A stretch of DNA of 58,648 nucleotides from Hyphomicrobiales bacterium (GTDB lineage: Bacteria > Pseudomonadota > Alphaproteobacteria > Rhizobiales > Aestuariivirgaceae). Position numbers and translations under genes: made by a program. The stretch lies in assembly GCA_038330285.1 (NCBI GenBank), contig JBBQNU010000001.1:1-58648 (forward strand), in the 5' to 3' direction. The notes under the pieces are model-generated. The model saw only the letters and a program-made list of their open reading frames with translations. It did no database searches and was not told the origin of the DNA. Shown here one piece after another: positions 50,947 through 58,648 of this stretch; positions within the stretch are counted from its first letter, which is position 1; each line of letters begins with the position of its first letter.

Positions 50947-52127
50947 GCGAGGCATCATTCAAGCTGGAAAAGGTCAATCGCAGCCTCATGGAACGGCTGT
51001 TCGAGCCGCCCTCTGTCGGCAGGATGTCACCGGTTGCGAATGTGGTGGCGTATTTTCTTCTCGCCGTCTGGTCGATTTTCGTGCTTTTTCCCCTGTATTG
51101 GGTGGTCATCACGTCATTCAAGGACGCGGCTGCAGTAAACCAGGGACCATTTTACATCCCCTTTGTGGATTTTGCTCCGAATCTTGATGCCTGGCGGGCC
51201 CAGTTCACGGAAGATGCGAACTGCAATTTACCCTCCATAGGAAGGCAGTTTGGCTTGCTCATCTACAATGCCTTTGCCTTCATTGTCTCGCCCGTGGTGA
51301 CACTCCAGCCAATGGAGCCGCAGATCTGCAAGATATTCCTGGCCTTCACCAATTCCATCGTCGTCAGCGCGGCATCAACCGCTCTCTGCGTCACCATCGG
51401 CTCCATGGCGGCCTATGCGCTGGTCCGCGTACAATACAAGCCTAAGTTCGGCAATATCATGATGTTCGTGGCGCTAACCGTGCTGGTCATTGCCGCGACC
51501 ACCTACACCCGCGCGCCCTGGTGGGCTTCCAGCGCTGTGGCCCTTGCCCTGTTCTTCTTTCTCGCGCGCGCCTTCGGCAAGCATTTCACGCGCACCCTGG
51601 GCAATGGTGACATCCTGTTCTGGATCATCTCCCAACGAATCCTGCCGCCCATCGTGGTGGTAATTCCGATTTACGTAATGTTCCAGGCAGTGGGCATGCT
51701 TGACACCCACATGGCGCTCATAACGGTTTATGCGGTGGCCAACTTGCCCATCGTCGTCTGGCTCATGTATGATTTTTTCTCCAGCCTTCCCATCGAACTC
51801 GAGGAGTCGGCCCAACTCGACGGGGCCACCCGGTTTGGAATCTTCTGGGATATCGTGCTGCCGCTCACCCGCCCGGGCCTCGCGGCAACGACGCTTCTCG
51901 CGCTCATCCTGAGCTGGAACGAGTACTTGTTCGCGGTTTTCCTCGCCACCTCCAAGGTGCAGACAATGCCCATCATGGTGGCGGCCAAGAACGCCGGTGA
52001 AAAGGGTGTCTTTTGGTGGGAAATGTGCGCCATCATCGTGGTGATGATCATCCCGGTCATCATCATGGCCATTTTTCTGCAACGCTTCATTGCCAAGGGC
52101 GTGCTCCTTGGCGCAGTTAAAGGATAG
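50943..52127 (+). CDS. Carbohydrate ABC transporter permease 2
   Basis: FPLYW...TSFK, LEESAQLDGA and WNEYLFA motifs; ATGA overlap with permease 1. Confidence 0.93.
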   Translation: MSEASFKLEKVNRSLMERLFEPPSVGRMSPVANVVAYFLLAVWSIFVLFPLYWVVITSFKDAAAVNQGPFYIPFVDFAPNLDAWRAQFTEDANCNLPSIGRQFGLLIYNAFAFIVSPVVTLQPMEPQICKIFLAFTNSIVVSAASTALCVTIGSMAAYALVRVQYKPKFGNIMMFVALTVLVIAATTYTRAPWWASSAVALALFFFLARAFGKHFTRTLGNGDILFWIISQRILPPIVVVIPIYVMFQAVGMLDTHMALITVYAVANLPIVVWLMYDFFSSLPIELEESAQLDGATRFGIFWDIVLPLTRPGLAATTLLALILSWNEYLFAVFLATSKVQTMPIMVAAKNAGEKGVFWWEMCAIIVVMIIPVIIMAIFLQRFIAKGVLLGAVKG

Positions 52128-52139
52128 AGAGCAGTCAAG

Positions 52140-53210
52140 ATGGCAAGCGGCAAGACCGGGGTTCCGGTTTCCTTCGACAAGATACAGAAATCCTTCGGCC
52201 CCGTGCGTGTGCTGGAGGAACTGAACCTGCAGGTCGAGCCGGGGGAATTCCTGGTGCTGCTCGGCGCTTCGGGTTCTGGCAAGACCACGGCGCTGCGCAT
52301 CCTCTGCGGGCTTGAGACCGCAACGTCGGGCCGGGTGCTGATCGGCGACCGGGATGTGACCGATATCCTGCCGAAATACCGCGACATCTCCATGGTGTTC
52401 CAGTCCTACGCGCTCTATCCGCACAAGACCGTGGCCGAGAACATCGGTTTTCCCCTGAAGGTGCGCAAGGTTCCGCAGGCCGAGCAGGAGGTGCAGATCC
52501 GCGACGCCGCAGCCCAAGTTCAGCTCGGCGAGTTGTTGCACCGCTACCCCCGTGAACTCTCGGGCGGTCAGAAGCAGCGCGTGGCGCTCGCCCGCGCCAT
52601 CATCCGCAGGCCTTCGGTCTTTTTGATGGACGAGCCGCTGTCCAATCTTGACGCGAAATTGCGCGGCCACATGCGCGCCGAGCTGAAGCACATGCAGGAG
52701 AAATTCGGCATCACCACGATCTACGTGACCCATGACCAGATCGAGGCTATGACGCTGGCCCGCCGCGTTGCCATTCTCGAGCGCGGCGTACTGCAGCAGC
52801 TTGCAACGCCTGCCGAGATCTACAACAACCCGGCCAATCTTTTCGTGGCGCAGTTCATCGGCTCGCCGCCCATGAATGTGGTGAACGGCGCGCTTGAGGG
52901 AAAGTATTTTGTGAACAACGGCGCCAAAATCGCCACCCCGGTGGGCGGCAGGATTGCCAAGGCCGTGTTGGGCGTGCGGCCCGAGGATTGCAGCGTGGTG
53001 GCCCCGGCGAAGGGCGCCATTAAGGGCGAAATCTACGCCACTGAATTGATCGGCGACCACACCCTGGTGACCTTGAAGGCGGGTAGCGACATGCTCACTG
53101 TCAAGGCGGCCAAGGATTTCACGGCAAAGTTCGGTGAAAAGGCTGGCGTGACCTTCAGTACCAGCCGCCTGTTTGTATTCGACGAAAGCACTGGCCTGCG
53201 GGTCCGCTGA
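52140..53210 (+). CDS. Carbohydrate ABC transporter ATP-binding protein
   Basis: GASGSGKT, LSGGQKQR and [12 protein letters not shown] motifs. Confidence 0.95.
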   Translation: MASGKTGVPVSFDKIQKSFGPVRVLEELNLQVEPGEFLVLLGASGSGKTTALRILCGLETATSGRVLIGDRDVTDILPKYRDISMVFQSYALYPHKTVAENIGFPLKVRKVPQAEQEVQIRDAAAQVQLGELLHRYPRELSGGQKQRVALARAIIRRPSVFLMDEPLSNLDAKLRGHMRAELKHMQEKFGITTIYVTHDQIEAMTLARRVAILERGVLQQLATPAEIYNNPANLFVAQFIGSPPMNVVNGALEGKYFVNNGAKIATPVGGRIAKAVLGVRPEDCSVVAPAKGAIKGEIYATELIGDHTLVTLKAGSDMLTVKAAKDFTAKFGEKAGVTFSTSRLFVFDESTGLRVR

Positions 53211-53419
53211 AACACCACCTCAGCAAGAATAGCGCAATCTTTCAAAAGCTTGATCCTGGGCCGGAGGACGTGGAAACACTCAGCTCCAACCCAAAAATGA
53301 CGTAAATACATCAAATAATGCCTTTCGATACCGCAAATATATGACTATAAAACATCATTTTTCTTGATCAGAGCCGTGCTTTTTGTTAGCGATGAGTCAT
53401 CCATTTCAGGGGAATGACC

Positions 53420-55021
53420 ATGCAGATAGACAGCACCACGCGCTCCCAGCTCTTGAGCCTCGGCCTCGGCTCGTCCGATGGCATGTCCTGGAATGCCAGC
53501 ACCCCCGAACTCTACGAACTTGCCATCATGCGTGGCGAAGCCCAGGTGGCCGAAGGCGGCAGCCTCGTGGTGGCCACCGGCAGCCACACCGGCCGCAGCC
53601 CCCAGGACAAGTTCATCGTGCGCGATGCTGCAACCGAAAACACTATCTGGTGGGACAACAACCGCTCCATGACGCGGGCCCATTTCCAGGCGCTGAAGCA
53701 GGACTTTCTCGTCCACGCCAGAAACAGCAACCTGTTCATCCAGGATTTGATTGCCGGCGCCGATCCGCTCCATGAATTGCCAACCCGGGTCATCTGCGAA
53801 AATGCCTGGCATGCCCTGTTCATCCAGCACCTGCTGATTGCACCCGAGGGCGGCAAAACTTTCGCACCCGGCCTCACCATCATCGACCTGCCATCCTTCA
53901 AGGCCGACCCGCAGCGCCATGGCACACGTGGGCAAACGGTGATTGCCTTTGATCTCACCAACGGCCTCGTGCTCATCGGCGGCACGCAATATGCGGGCGA
54001 GATCAAGAAATCCGTTTTCACCGTTTTGAATTACCTGCTGCCCGAAAAGGGCGTAATGCCCATGCATTGCTCGGCCAACATGGGTCCCGCCAATGACACC
54101 ACGATTTTCTTCGGCCTTTCCGGCACCGGCAAGACAACACTTTCGGCTGACGCCACGCGCACCCTGATCGGCGATGACGAACATGGCTGGTCGGAAAGGG
54201 GCGTCTTCAATTTTGAAGGCGGCTGCTATGCCAAGGTGATCAATCTCTCCGCCGAAGCGGAACCGGAAATTTTCGCAACCACCACGCGCTGGGGCACCAT
54301 AATCGAAAATGTCGTGATGGACCCGAAAACCCGCAAGCTTGACCTCCACGATAACGCCCTCACCGAAAACACCCGCGCCGCCTATCCGCTGCACTACATT
54401 CCAAACGCCAGCGCATCGGGCCAGGCCAGCATGCCAAAAAACATTGTGATGCTGACGGCCGACGCCTTCGGTGTGCTGCCGCCCCTGGCAAAGCTCACGC
54501 CCCAGCAGGCCATGTATCACTATCTCTCCGGCTACACCGCAAAGGTGGCGGGAACCGAGCAGGGCGTTGTCGAACCCATCGCCACCTTCTCCACCTGCTT
54601 TGGCGCGCCCTTCATTCCGCGCCACCCCAGCCAATACGGAAATCTGCTGCGTGACCTCATCGCCAAGCACAATGTCACATGCTGGCTGGTGAACACCGGC
54701 TGGACCGGTGGCGCCTATGGTGTGGGCAGCCGCATGCCCATCAAGGCGACCCGCGCCCTGCTTGCCGCTGCCATGAGTGGTGATCTTGATGACGCGGAGT
54801 TCCGCACCGACCCGCACTTCGGCTTTGCCGTTCCAACGGCTGTAGAAGGTGTGGATGCGAAAATCCTTAACCCGCGCGACACCTGGGCCGACACTAAGGC
54901 CTATGACGCGCAGGCGCGGAAACTCGTCGCCATGTTCGTGAAGAATTTCGACACCTTCAAGGACCACGTCGGCGCCGACATCATGGACGCCAGCCCGCAA
55001 ATGGCCCTAGCGGCGGAGTAG
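53420..55021 (+). CDS. pckA: Phosphoenolpyruvate carboxykinase (ATP)
   Basis: [39 protein letters not shown] and EGGCYAK motifs. Alternative start 53414. Confidence 0.97.
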   Translation: MQIDSTTRSQLLSLGLGSSDGMSWNASTPELYELAIMRGEAQVAEGGSLVVATGSHTGRSPQDKFIVRDAATENTIWWDNNRSMTRAHFQALKQDFLVHARNSNLFIQDLIAGADPLHELPTRVICENAWHALFIQHLLIAPEGGKTFAPGLTIIDLPSFKADPQRHGTRGQTVIAFDLTNGLVLIGGTQYAGEIKKSVFTVLNYLLPEKGVMPMHCSANMGPANDTTIFFGLSGTGKTTLSADATRTLIGDDEHGWSERGVFNFEGGCYAKVINLSAEAEPEIFATTTRWGTIIENVVMDPKTRKLDLHDNALTENTRAAYPLHYIPNASASGQASMPKNIVMLTADAFGVLPPLAKLTPQQAMYHYLSGYTAKVAGTEQGVVEPIATFSTCFGAPFIPRHPSQYGNLLRDLIAKHNVTCWLVNTGWTGGAYGVGSRMPIKATRALLAAAMSGDLDDAEFRTDPHFGFAVPTAVEGVDAKILNPRDTWADTKAYDAQARKLVAMFVKNFDTFKDHVGADIMDASPQMALAAE

Positions 55022-55042
55022 GGCCCCAACACTTCGTTTTTC

Positions 55043-55125
55043 TGTCACCCCGACGTAAGTCGGGGCCTAGAATTTAAGCTTTTCACATGTTGAAAGGCTG
55101 GGTCCCGGCGTTCGCCGGGATGACA
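55043..55125. repeat. REP/REPIN-like doublet palindromic element
   Basis: TGTCACCCCGACGTAAGTCGGGGCCTAG ... CTGGGTCCCGGCGTTCGCCGGGATGACA in inverted orientation, each arm a hairpin; between convergent genes. Confidence 0.75.
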
Positions 55126-55135
55126 AATCTTATAT

Positions 55136-55708
55136 CTAACTATGCGCGATGCAGATCAGCTGCACCTCCGCATTCGACAGGCTCACCTCAAAATACATGC
55201 AACCGTGAGGTCCGCCATCATCGGGATCGCCGCCCCTCTCGCGGAAATAGCGGCAGGTGGGGCAGGTGCCGAAGCTTGGCTGTTCCCGCCTCTTCAAGTC
55301 TGTTTCAAGCAGATCAGCTAGGCCCTTCGCCAGCCGCCTGCGGGTTTTGCCGCTCAGATCATCCAGCGATTTGGAAAATTCCGCCAGCGGATCGTTTTTC
55401 AGCGCCTCGCTGCCCTTGGGCGTAAGGCTCAGGTTGATGGAGCGCCCTTCATTTGCCCGGGGGCCTTTGGTGATAAAGCCCTTGCGCTCCAGCGCCTTGA
55501 TGGTTTGCGAAACCGTTCCCTTGGTGGAGCCAAGAAAACGTGTGAGCGCGATCGGCGAATTGGAAAAGCGGTTGGCCCGCGAGAGATAGCGCAGCACCTC
55601 CCACTGCGCCGGATTCAAGCCACCCTCATGCTCGCCCGCCCGCATGAGCCGCATGAGCCGCTCAAGCGGCAAGGCAATGCTTGAATTTTCGGTTTTATCC
55701 TTTGCCAT
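55136..55708 (-). CDS. MarR family regulator with Cys/His-rich C-terminus
   Basis: wHTH region GLNPAQW..LRYL..ANRFS, TKGTVSQT..ALE.KG; C-terminal CPTC...HGC...C..H. Confidence 0.88.
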   Translation of the reverse strand: MAKDKTENSSIALPLERLMRLMRAGEHEGGLNPAQWEVLRYLSRANRFSNSPIALTRFLGSTKGTVSQTIKALERKGFITKGPRANEGRSINLSLTPKGSEALKNDPLAEFSKSLDDLSGKTRRRLAKGLADLLETDLKRREQPSFGTCPTCRYFRERGGDPDDGGPHGCMYFEVSLSNAEVQLICIAHS

Positions 55709-55725
55709 GACCTATGTGCTCTCAT

Positions 55726-55875
55726 TTCCCTTCGCCCCATGGGGGAGAAGGAGGGGCCCAAGCGAAGCTTGGGAGGATGAGGGGGCGTTGGTGCATGAAT
55801 TGAAAGACTTGATCCCCCTCACCTTCCCATTGCCAGGGCAATGGGCCCCTTCCTCTCCCCGTTGGGGCGAGGAAA
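55726..55875. repeat. RIME-like composite inverted repeat element (about 150 bp)
   Basis: Left arm CCTTCGCCCCATGGGGGAGAAGGAGGGGCCC...GGGAGGATGAGGGGG is near-complementary to the right arm CCCCCTCACCTTCCC...GGGCCCCTTCCTCTCCCCGTTGGGGCGAGG. Confidence 0.8.
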
Positions 55876-55905
55876 AATAATCGATGCTGGCACCAACAGT
55901 AATCA

Positions 55906-58647
55906 TCAATGCGCCTCGTCCCAGTTCATCGCGGCCCGGGCATCGACTTGCAGCGGCACGGTGAGCTTCACCACGGGTTCCGGCGCCTTTTCCATCATGT
56001 GCTTCACAACCTTCATCGTTGCTTCGATTTCCTCATCGCGGGTTTCGAAGATCAATTCGTCATGCACCTGAAGCAGCATCTTGGCCGAAAGCCTGGCTGC
56101 ATCGAGGGCCTCCTGCATGCGGATCATGGCGCGGCGGATGATGTCGGCCGCCGCCCCCTGAATGGGGGCGTTGATGGCGGCACGCTCCATGAACGCCCGC
56201 TCCGAGGCATTGGGTGAATTGATCCGGGCGAAATGGCAGCGCCGCCCGAAGATGGTTTCCACATAGCCCTTGTCGCGGGCAAATTTCTTGGTTTCATCCA
56301 TGTAGGTTTTGATACCGGGGAAGCGGCTGAAATAGGTTCTGATATAGTCGCCCGCTTCCTCGCGGCTGATTGAAAGCTGGTTGGCCAGGCCAAAGGCCGA
56401 AATGCCATAGATGATGCCGAAATTGATCGCCTTGGCGCGGCGGCGCACGGCGCTGTCCATGCCCTTGATCGGCACGCCGAACATTTCACTCGCCGTCATC
56501 GCATGAATATCAAGCCCATCGGCAAAGGCCTTCTTGAGCTGCGGAATATCGGCCACATGGGCCAGCACGCGAAGCTCGATCTGGCTGTAGTCGGCGCTGA
56601 GAAGTTTCGTCCCCGGCGGTGCGATGAAAGCAGTGCGGATGCGGCGGCCTTCCTCGGTACGCACCGGAATGTTTTGCAGGTTGGGATCGGACGAGGAGAG
56701 TCGCCCCGTGGAAGTGGCCGCCATGGCATAGCTGGTGTGTACGCGCCCCGTGGTGGGATTGATATAGTTTGGCAGCGCATCGGTGTAGGTGGAGCGCAGT
56801 TTTGAAAGCTGGCGCCAGTCCACCACGCGCCGCGCCAGATCAATGCCCTGCGCCGCCAAATCTTCCAGCGCATCTGAATCCGTGCTCCACGCGCCTGTTG
56901 CTGTTTTGCGCCCGCCGGGAAGCGCCATCTTGCCAAACAATATATCGCCCAACTGTTTGGGCGAACCGATGTTGAAACGTTCGCCGGCGAGCTCATGAAT
57001 TTGCGCCTCGATCTTGCCTTGGCCATTGGCAAATTCATTGGAGAGCTTGGCCAGTACCCCGCGGTCCACCAGAATGCCCTCATGCTCCATCGCTTCGAGA
57101 ACCGGAATGAGTGGCCGCTCCAGCGTTTCATAAACCGTGACCTTGTGTTTCCGGAGCAGTCGCGGCTTCAGCAGTTTCCACAGGCGCAGCGTCACATCCG
57201 CATCTTCCGCCGCATAGGCCGTGGCGCGGTCCAGCGGCACCAGTGCAAACGAGATCGCCGATTTGCCGGAGCCTGCGACCTCCTTGAAGCTGATGGGCTT
57301 GTGGCCCAAATGCTTTAGCGACATTTCATCCATGCCGTGGCCGTTCTCGCCGGATTCGATAGCATAGGACATCAGCATGGTGTCATCGATAGGCCGGATA
57401 TCCGTACCGTAGCGCCGCAACACTTGCAGGTCATACTTCAGGTTCTGGCCGATTTTCAGCACACCGGGATTTTCTAGCAGCGGCTTAAGATGCACGATGG
57501 CGTCTTCCAGCTTGATCTGTCCGGCGATTTTCTCCGAGCCGAAAAGCCCGCCGCCTTCCGCCACATGGGCCAGCGGAATGTAGCAGGCCTTGCCCGGCGC
57601 GGTAGAAAGCGAAACGCCGACAAGCCCCGCCTGCATAGAATCCAGCGAATCCGTTTCGGTGTCGACAGCCACCGCCCCAAGCTCCGTAGCCTCGGCAATC
57701 CAGCGGTCCAGATCCTTCAAGGTGCTGACGGTTTCGTATTTGGCATGGACAAAGGCAATGGCGAGAAGGGTCTTTTCGGCTTCATCAATTCCGCCTCCAA
57801 CAACTTCGACGTCCCGTCCTTCCATTTCGTCAAGCCGGCGAACGCCGGAATCTGGTTGGGATGGAGATCCCGGCTTTCGCCGGGATGACGAATCGGTGGC
57901 CTGGGATGAGGATTCTGGAAGAGCCTCTCCGCCTTCCGGCGGCCAGAATTTGATCTCGATGGGTGCTGGCTCAATCGCCGAACTGTCGGCCTCCAGCTCA
58001 CCGGAAATCTTCTTGGTGAAGCTCGTGAACTCCAGCGCCTTCAGGAAACTGATAAGGTCGGAAGCCCGCGGCGTGTCCACCGCAAAGGAGCCCACATCAT
58101 GCACCACCGGAACCTTGTCATCGAGCGTGACCAGCCGTTTTGACAGCCGCGCCTGTTCGGCGAATTCGATGAGGTTCTCCCGGCGCTTCTGCTGTTTGAT
58201 TTCCGGAGCCCGCACCAGCAGCGTTTCAAGATCGCCATATTCGGTGATGAGCTGGGCCCCCGTCTTGACGCCGATGCCGGGAACCCCCGGCACATTGTCA
58301 ACACTATCGCCCGCCAGCGCCTGCACATCGACAACCTTGTCGGGCTTCACCCCGAATTTTTCGAGAACCGCCTCTTCGCCAAGCTCCCGGTCCTTCATTG
58401 TATCAAGCAAGGTGACGCCCTTGCGCACCAGCTGCATCAAGTCCTTGTCCGATGACACGATGCGGCAGGTGGCACCGGCCTCAACCGCCTGGCGCGCATA
58501 AGTGGCAATAAGGTCATCGGCCTCGTAATTGGCCTGCTCCACGCAGGCTACATTGAAGGCCTTCGTGGCCTGCCGGATCAGGCCGAACTGCGGGCGGAGA
58601 TCGGCGGGGGCTTCCGGCCGGTGCGCCTTGTATTCCGGATAAATCTC
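55906..58647 (-). CDS. polA: DNA polymerase I (partial, 5' end off the right edge)
   Basis: Frame continues upstream as EIYPEYKAHRP; EADD, SSDKD, GD..DNVPGV.GIG.K, DTET, ADYSQIELR, KAINFGIIYG and QVHDE motifs. Confidence 0.98.
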   Translation of the reverse strand, partial: EIYPEYKAHRPEAPADLRPQFGLIRQATKAFNVACVEQANYEADDLIATYARQAVEAGATCRIVSSDKDLMQLVRKGVTLLDTMKDRELGEEAVLEKFGVKPDKVVDVQALAGDSVDNVPGVPGIGVKTGAQLITEYGDLETLLVRAPEIKQQKRRENLIEFAEQARLSKRLVTLDDKVPVVHDVGSFAVDTPRASDLISFLKALEFTSFTKKISGELEADSSAIEPAPIEIKFWPPEGGEALPESSSQATDSSSRRKPGSPSQPDSGVRRLDEMEGRDVEVVGGGIDEAEKTLLAIAFVHAKYETVSTLKDLDRWIAEATELGAVAVDTETDSLDSMQAGLVGVSLSTAPGKACYIPLAHVAEGGGLFGSEKIAGQIKLEDAIVHLKPLLENPGVLKIGQNLKYDLQVLRRYGTDIRPIDDTMLMSYAIESGENGHGMDEMSLKHLGHKPISFKEVAGSGKSAISFALVPLDRATAYAAEDADVTLRLWKLLKPRLLRKHKVTVYETLERPLIPVLEAMEHEGILVDRGVLAKLSNEFANGQGKIEAQIHELAGERFNIGSPKQLGDILFGKMALPGGRKTATGAWSTDSDALEDLAAQGIDLARRVVDWRQLSKLRSTYTDALPNYINPTTGRVHTSYAMAATSTGRLSSSDPNLQNIPVRTEEGRRIRTAFIAPPGTKLLSADYSQIELRVLAHVADIPQLKKAFADGLDIHAMTASEMFGVPIKGMDSAVRRRAKAINFGIIYGISAFGLANQLSISREEAGDYIRTYFSRFPGIKTYMDETKKFARDKGYVETIFGRRCHFARINSPNASERAFMERAAINAPIQGAAADIIRRAMIRMQEALDAARLSAKMLLQVHDELIFETRDEEIEATMKVVKHMMEKAPEPVVKLTVPLQVDARAAMNWDEAH
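57826..57892. repeat. REP-like inverted repeat inside the polA coding sequence
   Basis: 28-bp arms at 57826-57853 and 57865-57892, 24/28 complementary; shares TCCCGGC(G/T)TTCGCCGGGATGAC with 55098-55125. Confidence 0.8.
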
Positions 58648-58648
58648 G

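Overview
GC-rich chromosomal segment of an alphaproteobacterium, most likely Hyphomicrobiales (Rhizobiales). This is inferred from gene content: RegB/RegA, MmcB, a PdhS/CbrA-type kinase, the murA-infA-yacG cluster and a tRNA-His lacking G-1. The window is mostly core genome. It holds two sugar ABC systems and a DUF4212/ActP-type symporter operon followed by a DEDDh-CBS-DUF294 nucleotidyltransferase fusion and a CrbS/CrbR-type two-component pair. It also holds PHB genes (acetoacetyl-CoA ligase, phasin, phaZ), aspA, pckA, polA (partial), tRNA-Thr(GGT) and tRNA-His(GTG). I found no CRISPR array, transposase, integrase or phage gene. The best leads are: (1) two hydrophobic microproteins (24 and 25 aa) plus a polytopic membrane protein under back-to-back EcfG-type stress promoters; (2) the uncharacterised exonuclease-CBS-nucleotidyltransferase linked to the symporter and sensor; (3) a REP-like palindromic element translated in frame inside polA; (4) a decayed tRNA-Thr att duplication bracketing one cargo gene; (5) a perfect 34-bp palindrome over a probably leaderless gntR start; (6) an apparently 5'-truncated PAS-GGDEF-EAL-PilZ gene separating crbS from crbR. 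All calls come from reading motifs by eye; no database searches were run.
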